Shown: in pieces, positions 26,372 through 38,460 of the stretch
Layout: each line of letters starts with the position of its first letter
How positions within the stretch are numbered: position 1 is the first letter of the stretch
Source of the DNA: Seison nebaliae
Taxonomy: Eukaryota
Reading direction: 5' to 3'
Assembly: GCA_023231475.1 (NCBI GenBank)
Contig: JALJEE010000285.1
Coordinates: forward strand, 1-42,879
Length of the DNA: 42,879 nucleotides
Translations under genes and position numbers: made by a program
The notes under the pieces: generated by a model
Database searches by the model: none
What the model was told of the DNA's origin: nothing
What the model saw: only the letters and a program-made list of their open reading frames with translations

Positions 26372-26558
26372 GGGTAAATGAGAATGACATTTTGAAAACC
26401 TGGGTAAATTAATAATTATTTTCATCATTTCACCTTAAGTTCTAATAAATTTTATTTCATTCATTAAATTTTCTGATTTTGACTAAATCAAATTCATTTC
26501 GCATAAGCTATTTTCCCTAATCATTTTAATTTTTGATAGTTAATTAATTTTCGGATAT
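26372..26558 (-). repeat. Dispersed direct repeat, copy 2
   Basis: Diverged copy of about 24780-24961 ending in the same tgatagttaattaattttcggatat. Retains ATG TCA TTC but the frame closes after 11 codons. Confidence 0.85.
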
Positions 26559-27528
26559 TGAAATTCATTGATCATTAAGTTCATAAGTTCATTAAAATTC
26601 CTCTTAGACAAAATTTGAAAAAGATTATAAGAACTTGAAGTCCGCCAGATAAAGATGAACACAAAAGACAGAAGAGTTAGAAATGAAACTCGAAAATTAT
26701 AGAAATAATACAAAATAGTGTTTTAAGTTTGATTGGACGAATCTTGTTTACTTCTTATATAGGAACTGATATAGTTTAATATAAGACATATGTCACATTA
26801 CATTCCCTACACAAAACTTCATCTTCATATTCACATAATACATTTCTTCACCATAAAACATATTAATCTTCCATATTTATGCACGACTACTCGGATATAT
26901 CTTTATATATAAGATGTTTTTCAAGAACCAGTCTCGTGAGCAACTTAAAATTTAATGAATTGGAACTATTTTTTATTATGTTGTGATACCTAATGTTCTT
27001 AATAGCAATGATATGAGAAAAAAAATCAACCAAAATTTGAATTTATGTTTTTCTTTTATTCATTCTAATAGATGATAGTTTGATGATTAAAAATTCGACC
27101 TTTATGATCTCTTATATATTTCGAAATTCATATATTTGAACGTTATTGATGTGAATATACTATATAATACTATATGTGTATATATAATGTAAATTAACTG
27201 GTTTATTTTATTCCATCAGTATTCGATTAATTTTTGTATCACAACTTGCCTGTGGCAATTATCCTCTACCCTCTGAAGAAGCATGAAGGAAAAGAAGATG
27301 TAAAGATAAGTTGAGATTTCGGGCATTATCCTATATCATACAACTAAACCTCCTAATTTAATGAAAAAGCTCGAGAATAATCGAATTATTGAAACATCAT
27401 TACGAATTAACGAATTTATTGAAATAAGGAGACGATCTGTCCATTTTTTATAAACGACGAACTGCATTTTTATCCCAGAATAATATTCTATGATTGATAA
27501 TTCTAGATTTTGACAACCGATTTCAAAA

Positions 27529-30008
27529 ATGACCTTCGATACGGTGAAAAGGAAGTATCTAAATAATGATATTTTTGGAGATATTCATCTTAACCTTGAT
27601 GGATTAGGTTATCTCATATTTATAATCGTCAATAAAATTTTTCCATACAACATATTTCGTGTTGTGACAGATTTCTTAAAACAAACCAAGAGTAAGGTCA
27701 ATAGAATATTTTGGACTATAATCTGTACTGGTGGTAATTTAATTTTCTTAATTTAACTTTCTTTCTATTTCCACCAAAGCGCTTACAGCAGCGATATATT
27801 TTTGTTATACTTATTGTGATGAATATTTCAACAAGAAAATCATTGTTAGCGAAACTCAAAAACTCTTCAAACAAAATATTACATTACCGACGATCACACT
27901 TTGTTCTCCTCAAAGGTTTTTTATTAGTAGTACTATTAGTTTTTCTATTTTTTATTAGCTTTAGGAAAGACAATGTACTTAACTATTACGAATTACACAA
28001 AATTCTAAATCATTTGGATGAAATCAACAAATTTACTGACCGTCCATACTACGATCGAATAGACATTGGACGTAATTTAACTTACAGTTTTCTACGCGAG
28101 AAAGATTAGTATAATTTTTCAAGATTATAATTATTATTTATTAAATTACGTTTTCAAGATGAGAAGATTGCCATTGGTATTATCTTTATGACCGTGCTCA
28201 CACAATGTTTAGAATCATTAGAGGATACTGTCATAATTCTTAGAACATTTATCTACTTTCTAACGCAATACGATGATCTATATTCAGCGAATGCCGATTT
28301 TACTGCTAAATTGTCTAGGGTTAGAGTTATAAGATTTCTTTTGCTAAACCATTTTAATAGATTAATCTTTGTATGAAAAGTGTCTACTACGACAAATGGT
28401 TTGATCTGATGAAGAAATCTTATGACGAAATTGCATACTCGTCCATTTCCATGCCCTTTAACGATGCAATTATAGTCCTTTTTGAGACCCTTTATGGTCG
28501 CCCAACTGTTATTTATTATTCTGTTTCTCGGTCATGGTATAAAGTCATCTTATTTAGTCAGAAAATGCTGAAGAATTAGTTGAAGTTAGGAATTACTTTC
28601 ACGTGTTGATGATGCACGAGGCGATGAATTATGAAGAAAAAATGATATTGTCATCATATTGTTTGCCCTTTCTACAGATTTTTTTTCATAAGAATTGTTT
28701 GAATTAAATTTAGTGGAGAAGATAAACCTTAAGAAAATTCTAGAGAACCATGGTTGGAAACTGGAAGATAATTTAGTATCATGTCAAATTGGTAGCGTGG
28801 CATGTAATTCTACAGTTAACTGTTTCAGTATTAAGTTTTATTAACAATTTTTTGGAAGTCATTCAATAAAATTTTCACGTCATTTGGAATTTGTTACCAA
28901 CTGAATTCGGATATTCCTCAATCGATTCCTGATTATGGTTCAAACGAATTTTTGCTCTTAAAATGAAATTTTCTTGTAGATGGAGGAATATCTATCATAC
29001 TCAATTCAGAAACATACAACCAGTATGATCAAATAATCATCGGGAGTGGAGTCAATGGAATTAATTTAGTTGTTCATTCATCAGATGAACCACCTGCTCC
29101 TACTTTTAGGGGAATAACATTAGAACCAGGTATGCGATCCAACGTTGAAATCAAAAAATTCACAGTTTGAATTAAGTAAATCTTCTATTAATTGTATACT
29201 CATTGCGTTTGATAAGACAACATTGTTGGACAAAAGAAAAGGTGGTAACTGTGACGAATCGATTGATATTCCATTGTTCGACAAATTTACCATTTTCGGT
29301 TGTACATTAAATTGCTTATTCTTCAATATTGAGAACGAATGTGATTGTCTCGCTTATAATGATCCACGAATAATCACAGAAAACCATTATATGAACAAAT
29401 CATGTCGAACATTTGATGAGTTAAGATGTTTTCTCGATGTGAAAACGGGAAGAAAAAAATCAAAAATTTGTAACGAGTGTTTTACTCCACCATGTCATTT
29501 TGATGACTATTTACCGAAAATTACAACCGAACAATTACCACAGTCAGTAGTTTCTGATTATATTCACCAATCAGAGTTGCGATGCTCATTAAACCATAAT
29601 ATGACACTTTCTCCAACGATTTATAAAAAATCACCGGAGAATATATCGGACAATGCCTGCTTAACGACATTAAACTGGAAGTTTTTAGTTAATTTAAGAA
29701 ATTTCTGTAAAATTATATTGATTGTCATTTGTAGAGAGAACCTGATCAGTATGAACATATTTTATGGTGAATTATCAGAATTGAAATCTGTTCAAAAACC
29801 AAAATATACAACGATCGACTTCATCGGTTAATGCCATAATATTTATTCTCTTTAAAATGTTTTAGGAATCATCGGAGGCTTCACAGGACTTTATGCAGGA
29901 ATTAGTTTTATTTCGATTATCCAATTTTTTGGTGCAATTATCACTATATCAATTCGGTTGATTAAATTAATTACGACGTCAAACTCAAAAATTCCCCCAG
30001 AACATTAA
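27529..30008 (+). CDS. DEG/ENaC (ASIC/degenerin family) subunit 2 (about 12-13 exons)
   Basis: NRIFWTII TM1, LPTITLCSP, HGWKLEDNLVSCQIGSVAC, IFTSFGICYQLN, GINLVVHSSDEPP, Cys-rich thumb (FGCTLNC..ECDC..C..C..CNECFTPPCHFDDY), ENLISMNIFYGEL, KYTTIDFIGIIGGFTGLYAGISFISIIQ. Stop TAA at 30006-30008. Confidence 0.9.
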
Positions 30009-30753
30009 TGGAATTTTGTTTCAGAAAAAGGAAAGATAATTTCTTTATAAAATATTCCATTTATTTCTAGTTCACGTAATTCCTGAACTAAATGGTTATT
30101 GTCGTATTATTCAAAACATTAACCGATTATAGTAAAAGTTATAATTATAATTTATTCGCTACTGGAAAAAAAGGTTGAAACTATCATTTCTAATGTATGA
30201 AATTCAAAATTATAATTTCATTGAACAAAAAAGATGAAACACTTAATGATTCTAACAATAATAATTGTAAGATAATTATTATTATTTGTTACTAAATTTC
30301 GGTTGTGATAAACGAGAAAAAAGAGAGAAAATTTCTTCATCGGCCTCGGTGTCAACAAGATGTCCTAATTGATCGAGGGAGTCGCAGTCGATTGGTAGAC
30401 GATGGGAGAAAATTTACGAGATTGACCTTAATATCTGAGAGTGTACGAGAAAATTGACTGATATTATGAGTCTTAAATGGGTAAATTTCATTCATCCGAA
30501 CACCATTTCCAATATTTCGTTTCTTCACCATCTTCTTAATCACTTCCATTCATTTTGGAGCATTGACGCATTTCTCGCTTACTTCAAATTCACTTCCAAT
30601 AACTTCACACGGTCCATTTCTGCATAATCCTCCATTGCATTTAGAATGCAATAGATTCAATATGCATAATTTTCAATAAAAAACGTTATAAATATAGTAA
30701 ATATGAGTTTTACATGATGACATGATATTTTAGCAATAGAGACGATTGAAAAC

Positions 30754-30938
30754 TATTATTATTGCTCTTCTTCTCAAAATGGGAAATATGAATGACATTT
30801 TGAAAACTTGAGTAAATTAATAATTATTTTTGTCCCTTCAGCTTAACTTCCAATCAGTTTCATTTCATTCGTTCAATTCTCTGATTTTCATTTAATCAAA
30901 TTAATTTCACATAAGCTTCTTTACACCACATTTTAATT
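30754..30938 (-). repeat. Dispersed direct repeat, copy 3 (5' gene fragment)
   Basis: Minus strand reads MSFIFPILRRRAIII from ATG at 30798, against MSFTFPILRRRVIII of the 944-aa gene; similarity then ends. Confidence 0.88.
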
Positions 30939-33900
30939 TTTTAGATTTCCATTTTCAAAATCATTGTTGATTAAAATTTTCATTTGAAAAACTTTTTAAC
31001 AAATAATAAAAAATTTCAATCTTCTCAAAAATACGAAAATTTAGAAATTTACCAGCAAGATGAAAAAGAAATTTAAAGAAAATTGAGTACTGGACATAGA
31101 TAATCGAACGCCTTGGAACAACCGAAGAAGAAATGTACGGATAATTTCAGTTCTCGAATAATTCATATAACCGAACTAACAATTATTTGCAAGATGAAGA
31201 ACGAGAGGACAAACCTCTCAGTAAAATATAATATCAATAAATCACTAATTGTTAAGAAGAAAAGACATTGAAATTGAGAAAAACATTGAAATTTTCAAGA
31301 AAATCTTGTTTTGTTGATTTGTGTTAATGTAAATAAACAAAATAGGAGTAAGAAAGAACTGTAACAAATAAGGACTATTATGAACAATATATCCAATATA
31401 AGGATTACTTAATGGTAATTTATCAAAACAAGATTAGATCATTAAAATTGTTTTCCTTTTAACTTTAGTTGGTTCGGTAGTTGAGTACAATTTCAGTGCG
31501 CATAAATTTGTTTACCAAAATTTGGTTGAATTATCTGTATATTATATTTCGGAGTTCGGCTCAAAGCAATTAAAAAATTAGGAAACAGTCATTATCTAAA
31601 TATTGTTAGCATGATCAAATATTTATTAAATAATTTTCATGATAAGAATTAGTTCAATCTTTCATGGTTACTCCAGTCGTCATGTATATCGAATGATGTT
31701 TACAAGATTCTTCTACATTTGTTATAGTAACGGAAATTAAAATAATTAGTTTTTGATTCTTACGTAATCTTAAATGTATTTTGTTTATAAATTTGTTCGA
31801 TGGTAATGTCTCACTTAAGTTCGTTATGTTATGTTATGGGAGTGTTGTTACATCGTTCAAATGTATTCTGTAAACAAGAATTCATTTATTTTAATCGATT
31901 CGAGTTATAGGTATCAATATCGATAATTGATTTCGGATAAAGAAAAGTAGAGGGTGAATGTTGAATTGTCGAAACGATTTTCTCCTTCGTCTATCTTTGA
32001 AAATATTTGTCGATTTACAAATTCATTAAAATTAAAATGATCAATTTCACCAACTTCGATCAAATGAGATTTGTTGCAGTTTGTCTTTAGATGAATTTAA
32101 ACAATTTTCTTATTGATTCATACTCCTCATTACTACGACGAATAAACCATACTCGTTCAATCCAATCCCATTTATTCTAAATTATTTATATTGACTATTT
32201 TTCATCGACAAAAAATTGAGACAAATTTTTCGGAGAAAGTTTCGATTGTCATATATGTCAGTTTAAGTTTTAAATTGAATTTGAAATATTACTTGAATTG
32301 AGTGAAAGTGCCGTTAATGAGTTATCGACGTTATATGTCAGTTAATTCCAGAATTGTTTGATGAAAATGAAATTATTTGATTTGATTAAGATAAAGGAGA
32401 CAATTTGGTTTGGGAAGTGTCATTATGTTGAAATCTTTATCTCTGATCGAATAGAGAATATGAGAAAGTTGTCTTACCATTTAGAAAGAATTATTAGTTT
32501 TCATTAATCTTTAATGAAATGTAAATTATAATTTGATTAAATTTATGTGTTAGTCGGAGGAGAGGGAGGTCGATGCACTCATTGAAATTCTTTTTGAATT
32601 TCGTATTGCTTATTGATTATATATTAGTTTGACGATCAGTCATCAAACTACGTCGTCATTTGACTAATTAACAACATTCTAACAAGATCGCAACATGCTA
32701 ACAAAATCACGTCATCTCCTTGAGATGGAGGAGAGATCAGTAGAAGAGGAAAGAATGTAATCGAAGGATATAATTAATGCAAAAAAATAGATGGAAGAAT
32801 TTACAACAAATACGAAATTTAAGTTAGGAAACTTTACTCAACATTTTCTTTCGTTTCTCACCAAAACCGTCTCACCTACCACCCAAAACTTTCTCACAAT
32901 CGATTATTTGATTAGTATAATCCTTAATATCTAATTATATTAAGATTTCATTAGTTCATGTGACATTTCCCCCAATTGACTAGTGTTATAACGAAGAATG
33001 ATATTAGGAAATTTGGAGGAAATGGAAAAATTTCAGTTGATCATAATTCTCGTCTAATTCGTTGTTATTTTGGTCCAAAACATCTCTAGACATAAAAGCA
33101 TTAGGAGATGTTCTTCATCAATTTCTCGATTTCTCCTTCTTCTTCATATTCTTTTAATCAAACCAAACCCAATTATTATGTTTCGCGGGCAATCTATATC
33201 TTCATTCATAATCGTAACTCAAGTCGATTTTAGACACAAACTGTCATATTTATCAAAATGAGAGAATTTGAGAGATAAAATTGAGAAATATTTGTAAATG
33301 AATTTTCAGTGTCGATATAAATGTTGGAGTATATTAAAGAATCTAACAGGATCCTTTTTACAAGTCCTCTTGTTAGTCCTAGATAGATATAAAATAAAGG
33401 TGTTAAGAGATTGTTGGGAAATTTGTTCTTTTGCTGATTCATTTCTCGCCAGTCTCTCCATCCTCTCAATTTGAGAGTGACGAATGAAGGGATTGATATG
33501 ATTGATTGGTGGATTTACTGGTTATGTAACGTTAGTGATGTAGACGTGTTTTAGAATGTTTTAAAATTAAAATTTTTTTTTGACATTTCTTCGGTTGAGA
33601 AGTTCTCCCGAAAACGTTCGAAGAGAATTCGACGTTGTTAATCAGTTCTTCATAAGAGAAAGAATTCTGCATATAAATCGGTGTATAAATTATTATGATA
33701 GTATGAGGTCATATGTGTATGATATGACTGAGAAATATTTGAGAGCATTGGGAAAGGATCATTGTCTAGTGTTATTGTTAAAGGAATGACGTAAAAAAAG
33801 ACGATGATGAGGAGAATTATTTAAATTTAGTTTTATTTCGATGTTTGACATTGTAATTATGTCCATAACATTTTTAGAAGCATATCTTCTTCCTTAGAAG

Positions 33901-34154
33901 GAAGAAATCTTTCTGTGTTTATCTTTCTGACCTTCCAATATAACCAGTTATTGACATCTGTCTAATGAATCATTAATCCATCAAATAATTTAGAGCTTTT
34001 ATCATTAACAATCGAATATCATAATAATTTTTCCAATTTCTTAAACTTTCCATCATCATCTATCCTATCTACTTGTGCGTGTGAGTTATTTGTTTATTGC
34101 GAAAAAATAATAAAACTCTCTACATCTCTTCTTAATGTCCATTCTTCTAATAGC

Positions 34155-36653
34155 ATGTGTTTATATGATGTGAATTGTTCAATCGATTACAAACATTTTA
34201 AGGACACAATGGGCGCGAATGATGGTGAAACGATCCAACATAAATTTAGGAGTAAAACACCGAAACTATTACGAATATTAAGAAGCTATTTCGCCAATAA
34301 TACCAATCAACATGACACACGTCATCATCATCATCATCATATGGAAAACGGTTTTTTTCAGAAAAACGACAAATATTTCGATTGTCATTCAAAAAACGAG
34401 ACGTTAAACAAACATCATCGAAGTATTAGGAATGCGGAGAAGAGTCTCACCAAATCTTGTTACACTTTCGATCAACCGAAAAAAAAGAAAAATCTACAGA
34501 AATGGAAAGTAAAACTATTTTCCAGTGACAAGAAGGAGCAAATCGTTTTGAAACGTCAAACTAATTTCGATGACGCTAATAACGGTCATTGTGCTATTGG
34601 GGAATTAGATAACGGATTCGACAACATTCAAACTTTTCGGCGAAAAAATCATTTAGATTTCCATCAAAATCCACCAAAACCAGACAGGAGGAAAGGAGGT
34701 AAACGAGTCGAACGTAAAAATCAATTAGAAAATGAGAAAAAGAAAATATTTTTTGACAATAATTTATCGATTCAAAGATGTAATTCTTTAAAATCATTTC
34801 ATCCTCAAAAGAGCAATAGTATCAATCGTTCACAAACTTTATCAATTGTAAATAAGGAGTTGTATAATGACTCCATAAACAAACCAGATGATAATGACGA
34901 ATTGAAAGGGAAAGAGAATTATATAAAAATCAATGAAGACAAATGTTCGAGTGAAAAAGAAAAGAATAATATTGATAAAAACATTACGGATGTGATGCTC
35001 AAACGATTTAATCAGAGTATCCGATTAAAAAAATCAGAAAATCTACCTGCTCTACCATCAACGGTATTACCCGAAACTTTTTCGAAAACTTTCTTAATTC
35101 CCATAGGGAAATATTTGAATGGAGAACCGATGTATGAAATCGTTCAGATGGAGAGTATAAATAATCGAGAGGAATCATCTGAAATTCCATCAATACCATC
35201 GAAATTAGATGATCAGGAAGTATATGATGAACCGAACGACACTTTGGAGAGTGGTAAAAGTGGAGATAGTGAACGAGAAAGAAAACCGATGAAACAAAAC
35301 ACGTTCCGGAGTAGTCTTCATTTGAAATCGATGTTGACGTGTACTGGCGAGAAGAGATTTGTTCCATTCGATATATCGAAAGAAACGGAAGAAAACGTTA
35401 ATCGAATTGAAATTAATTTAAATACATCTCAAATTAACGACACCTTATCGACCACATGTACAAATTACCAGACTTCTGAATCGGATATCGATGATAGTCT
35501 CCTAAATAATTTCAATTACCATCAGAATGATAAAACGATGGAATCGTTAATCATTAATAATCAAATGGATGAATATCGAAAACGAAATGATGATGGAGCT
35601 ATTAAAAATGAATTATGTATTTATAAAAAACCTTCTTCACTTCTCATAAACACCAATAATAATAATAATAACAACAACAACATCATAAATCATATCGATA
35701 TCATCAAAGCGAAAGTTTTCGATTATTATAAAAAAAATCCTCAATTTCCTTCTGCGTCCAATTCGTCGACTTCATCATCAACGAAATATAGGAAGAATTC
35801 TTTGGAATATAAATTATCGATAGATTCCGATAATTCATCATATCATTCAAAGACACCTCAGAAGAATTTTTCGATTTTTGAAAATTTCGATCGATTGAAT
35901 GAAATTATCACCTCGCCTTCATCAATCAGTCGATTACGATCAACTAATTCGATTACCATTCAAGATCATTCCACAACAAACAACAACAATTCAGAGTTGA
36001 CACAACTGAAACGAAGTCCGCCACTTTCACATGAATTATTCCCACCATCATATGGTGAAGCGTTACGTCATTTAGCACAAGTTGAGCACAAAACTCAAGA
36101 TGTTCCCACGACAACCAATCTTCAGAGTATGAAAAGGAGAAATATTGAGAAGTTACCAACATATCGTCAACATGTCGGTGAGTTTGTTAATAAGAGATCG
36201 ATGAACGATTTGTCGATGATCGATAAAGATTCGTTTGAAAAATTAAATTTCATTCAACAACTTCCTATAAATAGGAATCAAATCGAATTATTATCTTCAC
36301 CCGAACCACCACCGTTGCCACCACCAATCTCTTACTTCCAAACTACCACAACACCGATAGGACAAACATCGTTAACGGAAGACATATCACAACCTTCAGT
36401 TAAACCGAAGATGAAGCGAGAAACGCGAAGTTACACTTATCTTCCCACTATTATCGGCGAGAAGATTCCATTGGCCGTTTCTCGTCATCTTCCTGAAGAT
36501 TTATTGTCTGGTAGTAAACTAAACGAAAATGAGACGTCCGATAATCGACAATCGAACGTCTCATTTAATATAGAAAATTCGTCTTCATCATCTTCATCGT
36601 CATCATCCGATTCCCGTTTTTCACAATCGAATTCTTCTTCTTTAAATTCATAA
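34155..36653 (+). CDS. Uncharacterised low-complexity, probably disordered 832-aa protein with PPxY/LPxY and Pro-rich motifs
   Basis: A 2.5-kb uninterrupted ORF in AT-rich DNA with His, Asn and Ser runs and the motifs FPPSY, KLPTY, PPPLPPP and YDEP. No domain recognised. Confidence 0.75.
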   Translation: MCLYDVNCSIDYKHFKDTMGANDGETIQHKFRSKTPKLLRILRSYFANNTNQHDTRHHHHHHMENGFFQKNDKYFDCHSKNETLNKHHRSIRNAEKSLTKSCYTFDQPKKKKNLQKWKVKLFSSDKKEQIVLKRQTNFDDANNGHCAIGELDNGFDNIQTFRRKNHLDFHQNPPKPDRRKGGKRVERKNQLENEKKKIFFDNNLSIQRCNSLKSFHPQKSNSINRSQTLSIVNKELYNDSINKPDDNDELKGKENYIKINEDKCSSEKEKNNIDKNITDVMLKRFNQSIRLKKSENLPALPSTVLPETFSKTFLIPIGKYLNGEPMYEIVQMESINNREESSEIPSIPSKLDDQEVYDEPNDTLESGKSGDSERERKPMKQNTFRSSLHLKSMLTCTGEKRFVPFDISKETEENVNRIEINLNTSQINDTLSTTCTNYQTSESDIDDSLLNNFNYHQNDKTMESLIINNQMDEYRKRNDDGAIKNELCIYKKPSSLLINTNNNNNNNNNIINHIDIIKAKVFDYYKKNPQFPSASNSSTSSSTKYRKNSLEYKLSIDSDNSSYHSKTPQKNFSIFENFDRLNEIITSPSSISRLRSTNSITIQDHSTTNNNNSELTQLKRSPPLSHELFPPSYGEALRHLAQVEHKTQDVPTTTNLQSMKRRNIEKLPTYRQHVGEFVNKRSMNDLSMIDKDSFEKLNFIQQLPINRNQIELLSSPEPPPLPPPISYFQTTTTPIGQTSLTEDISQPSVKPKMKRETRSYTYLPTIIGEKIPLAVSRHLPEDLLSGSKLNENETSDNRQSNVSFNIENSSSSSSSSSSDSRFSQSNSSSLNS

Positions 36654-36730
36654 CATTATCATTATCATTCAATTTTTTCATCATAATTAGTTTATCGAAC
36701 CGAAAATTATTTATGGAATAGAAGAAACTT

Positions 36731-37687
36731 TTATTTGTTGTTAATACTCTCAATATTTTTATGTGTACATTTCATTTCGTGCAACGGTACCCCATCGAAC
36801 TTTCTTCCGTTTCTTATAAGAAATTCAGTGATTTCTTTCTTTTCATTCATTTCGTTCTCTTTAATAAACATGTCTGACAACTCTCTTAATGTGACAGCTA
36901 ATCTCCATTCGCTGACGAAGATCGGATGAATTTCATGCCACCATTCATACCTGATATCGTCACTAATCACCGTTAAACTTCGTCGGAATAACGGTAAATG
37001 AATTCGAACATTTCTCATATCCAACTCATTTTCATCATTATCTGGATATGATAATGTTAATAATGACGAGGATCCGAAATTAATCGTAAATAATCGATTT
37101 CCCCAAATCCATTTGTCATCCAAATGTGCTTCGATATGTGAACCTAACGACTTCTGATATAAAAGATTGCACAATTCAACTGCATGGAAATTTGGATAGG
37201 ACGATTTGATACGATGAAATATATCACGAACAGATCGAGGTAAACCAGTAAAACAATGATAACATCGAATTTTTCTCTTCTTAAAATTGACTCGAACACC
37301 ATAATCGTGTTTTGCACGTCCAGATTGACTGATCTCCCAATTTGCAGGTAATTCTTTCTGATAAGTAACTTCTTCTCTCTCGTTAATAAAATTCAAATGA
37401 CAATCGAATGTTCTTATTGAAATATTTTGTTTATTCAAAAAATTACATTTTTCTCCTGGTGTTGTTTCGAATTCGATTTTTCTCCAAAATATCAACAGAT
37501 CATCTAACGATATCGGATGTGCCGATTTACAATCGATACAATAGAGATAATGTTTCAATTCTCTATTTCTCTCTTCATATTCTCTCAACTTCCTTAACAC
37601 TTTCTCTCCGTCACACAATCGACAAAATCTTATTCCTTTACATCCACACGAATGATACGATGGGAAATGCGATGGTTTTTTTTCCAT
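36731..37687 (-). CDS. ALKBH4: Alpha-ketoglutarate-dependent dioxygenase AlkB homolog 4, intronless
   Basis: N-terminal CGCKGIRFCRLC, SQSGRAKHDYGVRVNFKKRK, Fe-binding HLDDKWIWG, RRSL, RYEWWHEI and RLAVTLREL. Confidence 0.93.
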   Translation of the reverse strand: MEKKPSHFPSYHSCGCKGIRFCRLCDGEKVLRKLREYEERNRELKHYLYCIDCKSAHPISLDDLLIFWRKIEFETTPGEKCNFLNKQNISIRTFDCHLNFINEREEVTYQKELPANWEISQSGRAKHDYGVRVNFKKRKIRCYHCFTGLPRSVRDIFHRIKSSYPNFHAVELCNLLYQKSLGSHIEAHLDDKWIWGNRLFTINFGSSSLLTLSYPDNDENELDMRNVRIHLPLFRRSLTVISDDIRYEWWHEIHPIFVSEWRLAVTLRELSDMFIKENEMNEKKEITEFLIRNGRKFDGVPLHEMKCTHKNIESINNK

Positions 37688-37757
37688 ATCCTCAAATTAA
37701 ATGTCCTACATTAAATTTTTCGTTTGGTAACAAAAATTAGAAAGAGAAGATGAAATA

Positions 37758-38183
37758 ATGTTTAGTTTTATTTCCCCTTCTAAAACGACAGCTTTACACT
37801 TCGAAAAAACATCAAAAATGAATTATGAAGATGATGATCGAAATCGAAATAAAATGAAGAAATCTGAAATGGAACTTCTCCAATTATTAGACAATACGGA
37901 TAACCAGAATAAATTTAAAGTAAATTTGAAGAAACTTCGATTTGAACGAAAATTATTGGAGGCGGATAAAGTTGATACGGAAAAAGCGAAATCCGAATAT
38001 AAATGTGAGAAATGCCTCGAGACATTTAATTCGATGGTCAGTTACAGACATCATATGAACGAACACAAAGTGGAAGAAGACGAAGAAGAATTTTTATCGA
38101 GTAAGAATAAAATTCGTATCCAACGAACAACCGACAAATATTCGACATACTCCAACTACTTCGAAGTGTTTGAGAATAAATAA
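37758..38183 (+). CDS. Small protein with a single C2H2 zinc finger
   Basis: YKCEKCLETFNSMVSYRHHMNEH. The start may be the downstream ATG at 37818. Confidence 0.65.
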   Translation: MFSFISPSKTTALHFEKTSKMNYEDDDRNRNKMKKSEMELLQLLDNTDNQNKFKVNLKKLRFERKLLEADKVDTEKAKSEYKCEKCLETFNSMVSYRHHMNEHKVEEDEEEFLSSKNKIRIQRTTDKYSTYSNYFEVFENK

Positions 38184-38460
38184 AATCTCGGAATGTCCAC
38201 TACATCTGTCGATGTGAATGACCATGAGAAAACTCAAGAGAGACAGAGACTCAATGAGAATATGTGTTTGTGTGTGTGTGGGAGGAAAAAAGTGGAGGCG
38301 TAAAATATTTTATATGTAAATTTTTTTTTTGAAAAAAGTTGTTTCCTGAGAATTCCGTTAAATAAATTCTGAGCTGACTTGACATTAAATTATTTGTTTT
38401 CTATATTTAATAATATTACGTAACCATCCTTAATAGAGAATGATAGACTACAAATAGATA

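Noticed and set aside
30352..30700. Short minus-strand ORFs downstream of repeat copy 3, one Cys-rich (KCNGGLCRNGPCE)
   Set aside because: No convincing acceptor links them to the copied start codon and they show no similarity to the Cache gene.
33070..33789. Three 63-79 aa ORFs upstream of the 832-aa gene
   Set aside because: Non-ATG starts, no motifs, and lengths compatible with chance.
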